Below are positions 34,239 to 44,741 of a DNA stretch of 64,000 nucleotides, piece after piece. The stretch comes from Acidimicrobiia bacterium (GTDB lineage Bacteria; Actinomycetota; Acidimicrobiia; Acidimicrobiales; CATQHL01). The stretch is taken from contig VXXM01000071.1 in the NCBI GenBank assembly GCA_009835395.1, positions 29,396 to 93,395 on the forward strand. Reading direction: 5' to 3'. The stretch's first letter is position 1; every line of letters starts with the position of its first letter. The translations under genes were made by a program, and so were the position numbers. Below the pieces are notes generated by a model. The model searched no databases and was not told where the DNA came from. It worked only from the letters and a program-made list of their open reading frames with translations.

Positions 34239-35132
34239 GTGAGCTACTTCGCCCAGGCGCTCGTCAACGGCATCGCCCTCGGGGGCATGTACACGATCCT
34301 GGTACTGGGTTTCTCGATCATCTGGGGCGTGATGGGTGTCATCAACCTCGCCCACGGTGAGTTCGTGATGGTGGGGGCGTACCTGGCCTGGATGGCGAGT
34401 GACTTCTGGGACGTGGATCCGTTCATCTCGGCGCCGGTGGTGTTCGTCGTGATGCTGTTGTTCGGCTACCTGGTGCAGCGAGTGCTGGTGAACCGGATCA
34501 TCGACCGGTCGTCGCTGGTGTCGCTGCTGGTGATGTTCGGCGTCTCGATCATCCTGCAGAGCGTCATGAAGATCGCCTTCTCGGCGGACTTCCGCCTCGC
34601 CAACACCGATCTGGACGGCGCCTGGCGGCTGAGCGACCAGCTGACGATTCCCGTGACCAGGTTCTGGATCCTGGTCGTGGCCGTGGGCGTGACCGCGGGT
34701 CTGGGCCTGTTCCTGGGGCACAGCCGCCTCGGCAAGAGCATCCGGGCCGCGGCGCAGAACCGCGAGGCCGCCCGCATTGTGGGCGTCGACGTCAAGAAGG
34801 TGTACGCCGTCACCTTCGCCCTCTGCATCGGGCTCACCGGCGTGGCCGGGGCGCTGATCAGCCCGCTGCTGGCCGTGCAGCCCTTCCAGGGGCCGCCGCT
34901 GACGCTGAAGGCCTTCGCGATCACCGCCATGGCCGGTCTCGGCTCGGTGCGCGGCGCGCTCGGCGGGGCGATGGTGCTCGGCATGGTCGAGGCGATGCTG
35001 GCGCTGTACGTGGACCGCATCGGCACGAACCTGGCGGTGGTGGCCTCGTTCGTGCTGCTCGTGGCCGCCCTGGTGCTGCGGCCGCAGGGGATCTTCAAGG
35101 GCCTGCGTCACGTGGACGCCACGAGCACATGA
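34239..35132 (+). CDS. livH: branched-chain amino acid-type ABC permease (LivH-like)
   Basis: 297-aa hydrophobic protein. N-terminus MSYFAQALVNGIALGGMYTILVLGFSIIWG is typical of LivH. Confidence 0.85.
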   Translation: MSYFAQALVNGIALGGMYTILVLGFSIIWGVMGVINLAHGEFVMVGAYLAWMASDFWDVDPFISAPVVFVVMLLFGYLVQRVLVNRIIDRSSLVSLLVMFGVSIILQSVMKIAFSADFRLANTDLDGAWRLSDQLTIPVTRFWILVVAVGVTAGLGLFLGHSRLGKSIRAAAQNREAARIVGVDVKKVYAVTFALCIGLTGVAGALISPLLAVQPFQGPPLTLKAFAITAMAGLGSVRGALGGAMVLGMVEAMLALYVDRIGTNLAVVASFVLLVAALVLRPQGIFKGLRHVDATST

Positions 35133-35142
35133 GGCCGACGAC

Positions 35143-36207
35143 GTGAGCCGCGCGGCTCCGGGAACGGGGGCTGTCGCCGGGCGGTGGCCGGCGGGCCGGG
35201 CCGTCGGTGTCGGGGCGCTGATCGTGCTCGTCGTCCTGGCGGTGCTTCCGCTGCTGGGCGGTACGTCCAACGCCACGCTGCTGACCCTGACGCTGATGCT
35301 CACCAGCATCGGCGTGGCGATCAACTGGAACCTCACCGGCGGGTTCACGGGCTATGTGGACTTCGGCCACGCCGTGTGGTTCGGGATCGGCGCCTACGCC
35401 ACCGCAATCCTGATCTCCCTGCAGAGCAACGGACCGCAGGTCGGCTGGCCGCCCGTGCCGGCGATCCTCGTGGGGGCGCTCGTGGCAGGATTCCTGGCCG
35501 CGATCATCGGGCGGGCCACGATGCGGCTGAAGGGACCCTATTTCTCCATCGCCATGCTCGGCACGTTCGTGGCGGTGCGCGAGATCGTGCGGGTGTGGAG
35601 CCCTCTGACCGGCGGCGGCGTCGGTCTCACGCTGCCGCCGTACCTGAACCGTGCGCTCTTCTACTACGTGGAGTTGGCGCTCGTGACGGTCCTCGTGGTG
35701 GGTACCTGGTGGCTGCGCCGCACCCGGTTCGGTGCCGCGCTGGTGGCGATCCGCGAGGACGAGGTCGGTGCGGAGACCCGGGGGATCGACACGACGCGCC
35801 TCAAGACGGCGGTGTTCAGCTTCGCCGGCCTGTCCACGGGACTCTTCGGCGCGCTATGGGCCTACCAGAACACCTTCGTGGATCCCGACATCGCCTTCGT
35901 GGAGGTGCGCACCATCGACGCCGTCATGGGCACGATGCTGGGCGGCCTGGGCACCGTTGCGGGTCCTGTGCTCGGCGCGGCGGCGCTGTACTGGGTGCGC
36001 GAGCTGCTCTGGACGCACCTGCTCGACGCGCACCTGCTGGCACAGGGTGTGCTGCTGATCGTGATCGTGCTGTTCGTGCCGCGCGGCCTGGTCGGCCTCG
36101 TCGACCGGAGGGGCACGTCGCTGTTCGAGTTGTGGGGCTGGAAGGGTTGGAGCCGGGGGCTGCGCCAGGGTCCGGTGGCCGGCGGCGAGGCGGAGGCCGC
36201 GTCGTGA
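35143..36207 (+). CDS. livM: branched-chain amino acid-type ABC permease (LivM-like)
   Basis: 354-aa hydrophobic protein in the expected operon position. Confidence 0.8.
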   Translation: MSRAAPGTGAVAGRWPAGRAVGVGALIVLVVLAVLPLLGGTSNATLLTLTLMLTSIGVAINWNLTGGFTGYVDFGHAVWFGIGAYATAILISLQSNGPQVGWPPVPAILVGALVAGFLAAIIGRATMRLKGPYFSIAMLGTFVAVREIVRVWSPLTGGGVGLTLPPYLNRALFYYVELALVTVLVVGTWWLRRTRFGAALVAIREDEVGAETRGIDTTRLKTAVFSFAGLSTGLFGALWAYQNTFVDPDIAFVEVRTIDAVMGTMLGGLGTVAGPVLGAAALYWVRELLWTHLLDAHLLAQGVLLIVIVLFVPRGLVGLVDRRGTSLFELWGWKGWSRGLRQGPVAGGEAEAAS

Positions 36208-36971
36208 CGGCGTTGCTGGAGGCCCGCGGCGTGGTGAAGCGCTTCGGCGGCCTGACCGCCGTCGACGGCGTGGACATCAGCGTCGGCACCGGCGAGATGG
36301 TCGGCCTCATCGGTCCCAACGGCAGCGGCAAGACCACGCTGTTCGATTGCCTCTCCAGGGTGCAGACGATCGATGCCGGCTCCATCCGTTTCGACGGCGT
36401 GGACATCGCCGGGCGCCGCGCCCACGACGTGGCGCGTCTCGGCATGTCGCGCACGTTCCAACTCATCCGCGTGTACCGGGACCTGTCGGTGGCGGAGAAC
36501 ATGCACCTCAGCATCCAATGGGGATCCATCGGAGTGCCGCAGCTGTTCGCTCGCACCGATGCCGCCACACGTCGCCGGGCCGACGAGTTGCTTGACTTCC
36601 TGCTGCTGGGACCGCTGCGCCACGAGCGGGCAGGGAATCTCTCGGGCGGCCAGCGCCGCCTGCTGGAGATCGGAATGTCGCTGATGAGCGAGCCTCGGCT
36701 GGTACTGCTGGACGAGGCGACCTCCGGCGTGAACCCCAGCCTCGTCGCCGACATTGCCGACCGGCTGCGGGAGGTGAATACCCAGCGGCAGGTGGCGTTC
36801 CTGCTGGTGGAGCACAACGTGCAGTTCGTTGCCGACCTCTGCGAGCGCGTCGTGGTGCTGGACCAGGGGGCCGTGCTGGCCGAGGGCACCCCCGGGGAGG
36901 TCACGCAGGATCCGACCGTGATCGAGGCCTACTTCGGCGACCCCGGCGACGCAGGGGAGGACGCCCCGTGA
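36204..36971 (+). CDS. livG: ABC transporter ATP-binding protein (LivG-like)
   Basis: GTG overlapping the upstream TGA; the position was inferred from ORF-track frames. Sequence VTALLEARGVVKRFGG, Walker A GPNGSGKTT, signature LSGGQRR, Walker B LVLLDEA. Confidence 0.8.
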   Translation: MTALLEARGVVKRFGGLTAVDGVDISVGTGEMVGLIGPNGSGKTTLFDCLSRVQTIDAGSIRFDGVDIAGRRAHDVARLGMSRTFQLIRVYRDLSVAENMHLSIQWGSIGVPQLFARTDAATRRRADELLDFLLLGPLRHERAGNLSGGQRRLLEIGMSLMSEPRLVLLDEATSGVNPSLVADIADRLREVNTQRQVAFLLVEHNVQFVADLCERVVVLDQGAVLAEGTPGEVTQDPTVIEAYFGDPGDAGEDAP

Positions 36972-37738
36972 CGGGCTGCCCGGAATCCCCGGCTGTCACG
37001 GCCGCCAATCCCGGTACTCCGCTGCTGCAGGTGCAGGACGTGCGGGCCGGTTACTTCGCCGGCCAGGACATCCTCACCGGAGTCGACCTGGAGGTGCACC
37101 GGGGCGAGATCGTCTGCGTGATCGGACCCAACGGGGCCGGCAAGTCCACGGTCTTCAAGGCGGTGTACGGCCTGGTGCCGGTGCGTTCGGGCCGGGTGCT
37201 CTGCGACGGGCGCGACATCACCAACATCAGTCCGCAGGACGCCCTGCGCGTGGCCGGGATCACGATCGTGCCCCAGTTGCGCAGCGTATTTGAGCAGATG
37301 ACCGTGCACGAGAACCTCGAGATGGGCATGGTCACCGAACGCCACAAGGCCCGCGTGCGCGAGCGGATCGACTACGTGTACGACCTGTTCCCCCGCCTCG
37401 CCGAACGATCGAAGCAACCGGCCGGCACCATGTCGGGCGGCGAGCAGCGCATGCTCGAGATCGGCCGCTCGCTCATGTTCGAGCCGCGCCTGGTGCTGAT
37501 GGACGAGCCGTCGGCCGGCCTGGCGCCGAAGATCACCCGCCAGATCTTCGCCGCGATCGACCGCCTCAACCGTGAGATCGGCCTCACGGTGTTGATGATC
37601 GAGCAGAACGCCCGCCAGGGACTCGAAGCCAGCCACCGCGGCTACGTCATCGAGATGGGCCGCATCACCCACGAAGGCCGCGCCGCGGAGCTGCTGGGTG
37701 ACCACCAGGTCCGCAGAGCCTTCCTCGGCGTCCGCTGA
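36968..37738 (+). CDS. livF: ABC transporter ATP-binding protein (LivF-like)
   Basis: GTGA overlap with the upstream gene. Walker A GPNGAGKST, signature MSGGEQRM, Walker B LVLMDEP. Confidence 0.85.
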   Translation: MTGCPESPAVTAANPGTPLLQVQDVRAGYFAGQDILTGVDLEVHRGEIVCVIGPNGAGKSTVFKAVYGLVPVRSGRVLCDGRDITNISPQDALRVAGITIVPQLRSVFEQMTVHENLEMGMVTERHKARVRERIDYVYDLFPRLAERSKQPAGTMSGGEQRMLEIGRSLMFEPRLVLMDEPSAGLAPKITRQIFAAIDRLNREIGLTVLMIEQNARQGLEASHRGYVIEMGRITHEGRAAELLGDHQVRRAFLGVR

Positions 37739-37819
37739 GCATTCTGCCGGAGCAAGACTTCCTGGCCCGGGACATCACTCATCTAGGCTCGTGAACCGTC
37801 CGCAACAGGGAGGCCGAAC

Positions 37820-40021
37820 GTGACGGAACGCGGCATCCACATCCGGACGTGTCCGCTGTGCGAGGCGATGTGCGGGTTGGAGGTCCACCACGACGGCGCC
37901 GCGGTCACGTTGATCAGGGGCAACCGCGCCGACGTCTGGTCACGGGGCTACATCTGCCCCAAGGGGACGACCCTCGGGCACCTGCACCACGACCCCGACC
38001 GGGTGCGCGTCCCGCTGGTGCGCAACGGCGCGGGCACCTTCGCCGAGGCGAGTTGGGAGGCGGCGTTCGAGCGGTGCGGCGAACTGATCGAGGCGGTGCG
38101 CGCCGAGCACGAGATCGAGGCGATGACCGTCTACTTCGGGAACCCCGTCGCTCACAACTACTCGATCAGCCGCTACCTGGGCCTGCTCAGCGAGCTTGCC
38201 GGCCTGACGATCTATTCGGCGGGCACCGTGGATCAGTGGCCGAAGAACGTGGTCGCCGAACTGCTGTACGGCCATGCGTGGCGCATCCCCGTACCCGACA
38301 TCGAGCACACCGACTTCATGGTGGTGCAGGGAGCCAACCCCCACACCAGCCAGGGCAGCCTGATGTCCCATGCCGACGTGCCGGGCGCTCTCGACGCTGT
38401 CAGGCAGCGGGGCAGGGTGGTGGTCATCGACCCCCGCCGCACGGGCACGGTCGGATCCGAGGAGGAGTGGCTGCCCATCCGGCCGGGTACCGATGCCCTG
38501 TTGCAGTTGGCGGTCGTGCACGTGCTGTTCGCCGAGGACCTGGTCCGCCTCGGCCATCTGGAGGATCGGCTGGCAGGCATCGAGAAGGTGCGCAGGATCG
38601 CCGCCGACTTCCCGCCGGAGCGGGTGGCGGGGACCTGTGGCACATCGGCGGCGGCGATCCGCGGCCTCGCCCGGGACTTCGCCGCTGCCGAGCGCGCCGT
38701 GTGGTACGGCCGGATCGGCACGTGCACGCAGGAGTTCGGCACGCTGGCGTCGTGGCTGCCGGACGTGATCTGCGCCCTCACCGCCAACCTGGACGCGGTG
38801 GGAGGGCTGATGTGGCCCAAGCCGGTCGCATGGTCCCCGGTGCTCCAGAACTGGGGTGGTTCGCGGGGGTTCGGCCGCTGGTCCAGCCGGGTGCGGGGGG
38901 CACCGGAAGTGCTCGGCCAGGTCCCGATGTCGTGCCTGGCCGAGGAGATCGACACGCCGGGGCCGGGACAGGTCAAGAGCCTGCTGGTCGTGGCCGGCAA
39001 CCCCGTCCTGTCGGCCCCCGACTCGGGCCGCCTCGACGCGGCGCTCCCGTTGCTGGACTGCATGATCTCCGTCGACAACGCCGTCAACGAGACGTCGCGC
39101 CACGCCCACGTGATCCTGCCGGGACTGTCGGCTCTCGAGCAGCCCCACTGCGACGACCTGCTGTGGACGTGGGCGACCCGGTCGGTGGCCAAGTGGTCGC
39201 CGGCTCTGTTCCCGCCCGCCGATGATCGGCCCGAGGAGTGGGAGATCCTGACGCGGCTGGCGTTCATGTTCGCCGGGACGCCGGCCGAGTCCACCGACCT
39301 GGCCGCCTTCGACGACCTCTACTTCTCGGCGTGGGCGGAGATGGGCGGGGTGGATCCGGCGGTGGCCCTGGCCGCCGCGCCGTCTCCCGGACCGGAGCGG
39401 CTCATCGACCTCACGATCCGGACGGGCCCCTGGGGCGACCGCTACGGCGAGAACCCCGGCGGACTCACACTGGAGCGCGTCAAGCAGGCGCCCAACGGCA
39501 TCGACATGGGAGCGATAGTTCCCCGCATCGACGAGGTCGTGCTCCACGCGGGCGGGAAGGTGGATCTGGCGCCCGAGCACATCACGTCCGATGTCGACCG
39601 CTTGGCCGAGCGCCTGGAGCGCACCGACGAATCGCTGGTGCTCGTCAGTCGCCGCCACCTGCGCTCCAACAACTCCTGGATGCACAACGTGCCCGTGCTG
39701 GTGTCGGGCAAGGACCGCTGCACGCTGCTGATCCATCCCGACGACGCGGCTGCCGCCGGCGTGGCGGACGGGGCACCGGCGACGGTGCGCTCGTCCAACG
39801 GCGAGATCGAGGTGCCGGTGGAGGTGAGCGACGAGATGATGCCGGGGGTGGTGTCGTTGCCGCACGGCTGGGGCCACGACAGGCCCGGCACCCGCCAGTC
39901 GGTGGCGCGGCAGCGTCCGGGTGTCAACAGCAACCTCCTGGCGCCGCCGGACTTCGTGGACGTGCCCTCGGGCAACGCGGCCCTCAATGGGATCCCGGTG
40001 GAGGTCGCTCCCGCCGGATAG
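37820..40021 (+). CDS. molybdopterin (bis-MGD) oxidoreductase family protein
   Basis: 733 aa. N-terminal 4Fe-4S motif CPLCEAMCGL...ICPKG, with length and colinearity of the formate/nitrate-reductase-like superfamily. GGGAGG precedes the GTG. Confidence 0.7.
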   Translation: MTERGIHIRTCPLCEAMCGLEVHHDGAAVTLIRGNRADVWSRGYICPKGTTLGHLHHDPDRVRVPLVRNGAGTFAEASWEAAFERCGELIEAVRAEHEIEAMTVYFGNPVAHNYSISRYLGLLSELAGLTIYSAGTVDQWPKNVVAELLYGHAWRIPVPDIEHTDFMVVQGANPHTSQGSLMSHADVPGALDAVRQRGRVVVIDPRRTGTVGSEEEWLPIRPGTDALLQLAVVHVLFAEDLVRLGHLEDRLAGIEKVRRIAADFPPERVAGTCGTSAAAIRGLARDFAAAERAVWYGRIGTCTQEFGTLASWLPDVICALTANLDAVGGLMWPKPVAWSPVLQNWGGSRGFGRWSSRVRGAPEVLGQVPMSCLAEEIDTPGPGQVKSLLVVAGNPVLSAPDSGRLDAALPLLDCMISVDNAVNETSRHAHVILPGLSALEQPHCDDLLWTWATRSVAKWSPALFPPADDRPEEWEILTRLAFMFAGTPAESTDLAAFDDLYFSAWAEMGGVDPAVALAAAPSPGPERLIDLTIRTGPWGDRYGENPGGLTLERVKQAPNGIDMGAIVPRIDEVVLHAGGKVDLAPEHITSDVDRLAERLERTDESLVLVSRRHLRSNNSWMHNVPVLVSGKDRCTLLIHPDDAAAAGVADGAPATVRSSNGEIEVPVEVSDEMMPGVVSLPHGWGHDRPGTRQSVARQRPGVNSNLLAPPDFVDVPSGNAALNGIPVEVAPAG

Positions 40022-40043
40022 CGGTCGATTCAGAACTACTCAT

Positions 40044-41354
40044 CTAGCCCAGGACGTTGACGGGGGCGTCGGCGTCGAGGGGGCGGTTGCGGCTGAAGGT
40101 GCCCAGGTCGATGGGCAGGCCGAGGTGGGGACCCCGCACCACCACGGTGTCTGTGTCGTGGTCCCGGCCGGCCTCGACCTCGAGGATCAACTCGGCCATG
40201 CAGTGGGCGGCGATGGCGGCGTTCTTGAACTGGTTGCCGCTGGTGCCGATCGCCACGTAGAAGCCGTCCAGGTCGGTGCGGTCGTATACCGGTAGCCAGT
40301 CCTCGGTGACGTCGTAGACGCCGACGACGCCCCGCTGCTCGTGCGGAAGGCCGAGGTTCCTGATGCGCCGGGCTCCCCGCAGCACGTGCGTCTCGAACTC
40401 GGTGCGGGTCAGGGTCAGCGAGGCGGCATCGGGCTCCTCAACCCAGCCGAGCTCGTCGCAGGCCGCCTCGACGCTGCCGATCAGGATGTTGTTGGGGCGC
40501 TCGGGGCGCAGGTAGAAGCCGCAGTCGAGGTCGCCCATGACGCAGCCGGCGTCGTCGAAGTCCAGCCCCTCGGGCCCGGGCACCACGTAGACCTCACGGC
40601 GCATCGGGCGGGTGGAGATCGTGGCGGCGCCCTCCAGGCCCGCCATGCGGTTGATGAGGGACGAGTGCGGACCCGCCACGTTCACGACCACGGGGGCGCG
40701 CAGCTCCGTGCCGTCGTCGAGCGCCACGCCCGCCACCCGATCGCCCTCCCGCAGCACGCCGACGACGTTTCTCCCGTAGAGGAACGCCCCGCCGAGCGCC
40801 GCCGCGGCGTCGGCCAGGTTGCGGGCCGCCAGCATCGGGTCGGTCACGTAGCCCCCCTCGGGCATCCAGATTGCGCCGTCCACGTACCCGTCGGGCTCCG
40901 CCCAGAACCGCTCGTCGTCCATCCGGGCGGGCGGGCCGAACTTGCGGGCGTCGAGGTACGGGAACCGGCGTTCCAGTTCGCGCCGGTCCAGGTCCTGGTA
41001 CGGCACGCCGAGTGCCTCGAAGTGCTCGACCGCCCGCTCGTGGTTGGCACCGGGGACCTTGAACACCAGCATCCCGCACTGCACGAACTCCGGCACCGGC
41101 GCATCCGCAGGCACGCCCACGTGCTCCCGCCACCGCAACCAGTAGCCCAGACCCTCGACCGCCATGGCCACGCCGGCCCGGGTGGAGTAGTTGAAGCGAA
41201 CCACGGCACTGGAGGAACTGGTGGATCCCTGGCCGGCGCCCGGCAGCCGCTCCACGCTCACCGTCGCCAGCCCCCGCCGCGCCAGCTCGTAGGCGACCCC
41301 GGCGCCGATCACACCGGCGCCGATGATGACGGCATCAGCGTGGCGGACGTTCAC
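40044..41354 (-). CDS. FAD-dependent oxidoreductase (DAO/sarcosine-oxidase-beta-like)
   Basis: 436 aa. N-terminal motif DAVIIGAGVIGAGVAYELARRG, followed by GSTSSSSAVVR. Confidence 0.75.
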   Translation of the reverse strand: MNVRHADAVIIGAGVIGAGVAYELARRGLATVSVERLPGAGQGSTSSSSAVVRFNYSTRAGVAMAVEGLGYWLRWREHVGVPADAPVPEFVQCGMLVFKVPGANHERAVEHFEALGVPYQDLDRRELERRFPYLDARKFGPPARMDDERFWAEPDGYVDGAIWMPEGGYVTDPMLAARNLADAAAALGGAFLYGRNVVGVLREGDRVAGVALDDGTELRAPVVVNVAGPHSSLINRMAGLEGAATISTRPMRREVYVVPGPEGLDFDDAGCVMGDLDCGFYLRPERPNNILIGSVEAACDELGWVEEPDAASLTLTRTEFETHVLRGARRIRNLGLPHEQRGVVGVYDVTEDWLPVYDRTDLDGFYVAIGTSGNQFKNAAIAAHCMAELILEVEAGRDHDTDTVVVRGPHLGLPIDLGTFSRNRPLDADAPVNVLG

Positions 41355-41417
41355 CGTCCGGACGGTAGTTGCCGTTCGCCGGCGAGGGTGTCACTGGCGG
41401 TCCCTACAGTTGCGGGC

Positions 41418-44400
41418 GTGACTGCGACGGTGCGGTTGACGCCCTACGGCGCCTCGGCCCTGGAGGCGCTGTGCGAGGTGGTGGAGGCCGCGCGCTCCGA
41501 GGCGGGGCACTTCCTGGCGCCGGTGACCGTGGTGGTGGGGGAGCACCGCCTGGCCATCGTGACCCGGCGGGCGCTGGCCCGGCGGGGGCTCATCGGGGTG
41601 GACTGCGTGACGCTGCGCGAACTGGCGGAGCGGCTCGCCGGCGAGGCTCTGGCGGCGCAGGGGCGGCGGCCCGCCTCGGCGGCGGTTCTGGCGGCCGCCG
41701 TGCGGCAGGTGTTGCAGACGCCCGCCGCGGGGGTGTTCGGCGAGGTGGGCAACCACCTCGCCACCGAACGCGCCCTCCTCGATGCGCATCGCACGCTGCG
41801 CGATCTGGACGAGAGCGAGTTGGGCGCGCTGGCGAAGTCCTCGGCACGGGCCGCCGACGTCGTGGCCGTCAGCCGGCAGGTGCAGCGGCGGCTGGCGGCC
41901 GGCGGCTTCCACGACGAGCGTGATCTGCTCGAGGAGGCCACACGGCTACTCGGCGGCGGGAACCACTCCGTCGCCGGGTTGGGTCGGGTCGTGCTGTACC
42001 TGCCGCAGCGGTTGAACCCGGCGGCGCTCGACCTGCTGGTTGCGTTGACAGCGGTTGCCGGCGGGTTCACGGTCCTGGCCGGCATCTGCGGCGAAGAGGA
42101 CGCCGACGTCCCGGTGGCCGCCGCCGTATGTCGTCTCGCCGGTGCAGAGGCATGGCGGCCTCCCGCTGTCCCGGCGCTTGCACCGACCCGCATCATCGCC
42201 GTTCCCGACGCCGACGAGGAGGTGCGCACCGCCGTGCGAGGCGTGGTGGAGGCGATGCGCCGCGGGGTGCCGCTGGAGCGAATGGCGGTGCTCCACGGCC
42301 GCAATGATCCCTACGCCCGCCTGCTGGGCGACCAGTTGCAGGCGGCGGGCCTCCCCTTCAGCGGTCCGTCGGCGCGCCCGCTCACCGAGAGCGTGCTCGG
42401 TCGCTTCCTGATGGGGCTGCTCGGACTGCCCGGACGCCGCTACAGCCGCTCCGACGTGATGGCCTGGCTGGCGGCGGCGCCGATCCGCGCGGCGCTGGAG
42501 GCCGGGAGCGAGGGGCGTTGGCGGCCGGTGCCCGTGGCGGCCTGGGAGCGGATCGGCCGCCGCGCCGGGGTGATCGACGGAGCCGCGGAGTGGGACCGGA
42601 GACTCGAGGACTACTGCGCCAACCGGCGGTCGGAGATGGACCGGCTCGGCGAGGACAGCGATTGGCGGCGGGCACACATCGAGCGCGATCTCGCCACCGC
42701 CGACAGCCTGCGTCTCTTCATGGCCGACGTTCTGGCTCGTGGAGAGGAGGCGAGCGGGCTGACGTCGTGGCGGAGGCTCGCACAGTGGGCCGCCACATCG
42801 GTCCGGGACCTCGTGGGCGGCGCCGAGTGGCGGGAGAGCAACTGGCCGCCGCACGAGCGCGCCGCCGCGGAGCGCGTCGAAGCCTCCCTCGAGCGTCTCG
42901 GCGGGTTGGATCGCATCGACCCCGCGCCCGACCTGGCGCGGTTCCGCCGCGCCCTGGAGGCCGAACTCGCCACAAGCAGGGGGCGGCAGGGACGCACGGG
43001 TCACGGCTTGCTGACGGGACCTGTGGGCGCGGCACTCGGCGTCGACCTGGATTGCGTCTGGGTGCTGGGGATGGCCGAGGGGCTGTTCCCCGGCCAGCAG
43101 GTGGAGGATCCGCTGCTCAGCGAGACCGAGCGGGCCGCGGTTCCCGATGCGCTGCCGGCGCCTCCGGCCCGGTTGGCCGACGATCACCGCCGGTTCCTGG
43201 CCGCGCTGGCCGGGGCGTCGGGCGAGCGCACGCTGCTTTACCCGCGCGGCGATCTGCGCCGCACGGCCGACCGGTTGCCGTCGCGCTGGCTGCTGGCGGC
43301 GGCGCAGGGGCTGCAGGCGCCGGCAGCCGACGGTGCCGCCGCGACGGGCCTGCTGCTCGGCGCAGGCGACCTTGCGGGGCTTCCGGGCGATACCTTCAGC
43401 GAGGTCTCGTCGGCGACCGCCGGGCTGCGGGCGTGCGCCTTCCCGGCGACGTCTCAGGAGTACGACCTCCGCCTGCTGCTGGACCACCGCGCCGGCGGCG
43501 GCCTGCTGGCCGAGCACCCTCTGGCAGCGCCCGGCGCGCCATTGGAGGACTCGCTCACGATGCTGGCGGCGCGACGCAGCAGCGCCTTCACGCGCTTCGA
43601 CGGGAACCTGGCGACCTGCGACGTTGCGGACCCCGGGCGCGGCGGGCGGGCCGTCTCGGCCACGCAACTGGAGGCGTGGGCGACGTGCCCGCACGGCTAC
43701 TTCATGCGCTACATGCTGGGCGTGGAGCCTGTGGACCGGCCCGAGCGGGAGTTGCGGATCTCGGCGCTGGAGCGCGGCGACCTCATCCACTCGATCCTCG
43801 ACCGGTTCCTCGATGAGATCCTGGCGGCCGGCGCGCCGGATCCGGCAACCCGCTGGGGCGACGACGAGCGCCGGCGCCTGGAGCAGATCGCCGTCGAGGC
43901 GTTCGCCGAGCGCGAGAGCCAGGGGCGGGTCGGTCAGCGGGTCTTCTGGGAACCCGAGCGCCGCAGGATCCTCCGCGAACTGCTGGCGTTCCTGGACGTG
44001 GAGGAGCGCTGGCGCCGTGCGGAGGGCTGCGTGCCGTGGGCGAGCGAGAAGGGCTTCGGCATGCCGCCCCGGCGGCTCGGAGAGGAGGCTCTGCCTCCGG
44101 TGGAGGTGCCGCTGGGCGACGGTCGCACGATCCGCCTGCGCGGCGCGGTCGACCGCATCGACGTCGGCGTTGCGGGCACGCTCGTGGTGGTCGACTACAA
44201 GACCGGCCGCAGCGACGTCTACCAGCGGCTCGGCGAGGAGCCGTGGGCGATCTACGCGGGGTCCGGCCCCCGGAGCGGCCCGAAGCGCCAGGCGCTGCCG
44301 CGGTTGCAACTCCCGCTCTACACCGAGGCGGTGCGGCAGATGGCGGGAGCCGAGGCCGAGGTGATCGCCGGCTACTGGTTCGTGACGGCGAGGGAGGACT

Positions 44401-44741
44401 TCCGCTGGCTGCCGCTGCCGCCGGAGGCGCCGACCGAGGCCGAGACGCAGTGGACGCTGGCGCGCATCTGCGACGGGATCGCCGACGGCGTCTTCCCCGC
44501 CTACCCGCGCCCACGGAACCACCCGTCGCACTGCGACTACTGCGACGCCGATCGCCACCGGGCCGCCGAGCTGAACGTGCAGATCCTGCGCAAGGCCACC
44601 AGCCCCGAGTTGCTGGGCTGGCTGCAGGTCGGCGCAAGGGAACTGCTGCCGGTCGAGGAGAGTCGACGCCTGGCCGGCGGGCCGCCGGCCGGGGATGCAC
44701 CCACCGGCGATCAGGAGCACGATCCGGAGGGGAGCCCGTGA
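41418..44741 (+). CDS. AddB/AdnA-like helicase-nuclease subunit (PD-(D/E)XK nuclease, degenerate motor)
   Basis: In-frame GTG at 41418, with an alternative at 41388. The C-terminal RecB-type nuclease block is ...CPHGYFMRYMLG...ERGDLIHSILD...VVVDYKTG...QLPLY. It is translationally coupled (GTGA) to the UvrD-type subunit. The 1466-aa ORF-track entry over-extends across the opposite-strand gene. Confidence 0.7.
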   Translation: MTATVRLTPYGASALEALCEVVEAARSEAGHFLAPVTVVVGEHRLAIVTRRALARRGLIGVDCVTLRELAERLAGEALAAQGRRPASAAVLAAAVRQVLQTPAAGVFGEVGNHLATERALLDAHRTLRDLDESELGALAKSSARAADVVAVSRQVQRRLAAGGFHDERDLLEEATRLLGGGNHSVAGLGRVVLYLPQRLNPAALDLLVALTAVAGGFTVLAGICGEEDADVPVAAAVCRLAGAEAWRPPAVPALAPTRIIAVPDADEEVRTAVRGVVEAMRRGVPLERMAVLHGRNDPYARLLGDQLQAAGLPFSGPSARPLTESVLGRFLMGLLGLPGRRYSRSDVMAWLAAAPIRAALEAGSEGRWRPVPVAAWERIGRRAGVIDGAAEWDRRLEDYCANRRSEMDRLGEDSDWRRAHIERDLATADSLRLFMADVLARGEEASGLTSWRRLAQWAATSVRDLVGGAEWRESNWPPHERAAAERVEASLERLGGLDRIDPAPDLARFRRALEAELATSRGRQGRTGHGLLTGPVGAALGVDLDCVWVLGMAEGLFPGQQVEDPLLSETERAAVPDALPAPPARLADDHRRFLAALAGASGERTLLYPRGDLRRTADRLPSRWLLAAAQGLQAPAADGAAATGLLLGAGDLAGLPGDTFSEVSSATAGLRACAFPATSQEYDLRLLLDHRAGGGLLAEHPLAAPGAPLEDSLTMLAARRSSAFTRFDGNLATCDVADPGRGGRAVSATQLEAWATCPHGYFMRYMLGVEPVDRPERELRISALERGDLIHSILDRFLDEILAAGAPDPATRWGDDERRRLEQIAVEAFAERESQGRVGQRVFWEPERRRILRELLAFLDVEERWRRAEGCVPWASEKGFGMPPRRLGEEALPPVEVPLGDGRTIRLRGAVDRIDVGVAGTLVVVDYKTGRSDVYQRLGEEPWAIYAGSGPRSGPKRQALPRLQLPLYTEAVRQMAGAEAEVIAGYWFVTAREDFRWLPLPPEAPTEAETQWTLARICDGIADGVFPAYPRPRNHPSHCDYCDADRHRAAELNVQILRKATSPELLGWLQVGARELLPVEESRRLAGGPPAGDAPTGDQEHDPEGSP

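Noticed and set aside
32685-35348. 887-aa minus-strand ORF spanning the MFS 3' end and three ABC genes. Similar long antisense ORFs occur at 55990-57990, 59871-62012, 6960-9092, 9877-11724, 17464-19428 and 41946-44720.
   Set aside because: All are antisense to genes with clear family motifs and are dominated by Arg/Gly/Pro/His/Asp. They are stop-codon-poor artefacts of high GC content.
40341-41417. 5' part of the 1466-aa plus-strand ORF (40341-44741), which would make a giant nuclease protein.
   Set aside because: This stretch is antisense to the well-supported DAO-type flavoprotein gene (40044-41354) and is Arg/Gly/Ala-rich with no motifs. It is a typical open antisense frame in GC-rich DNA. 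The real gene most likely starts at GTG 41418 or 41388.
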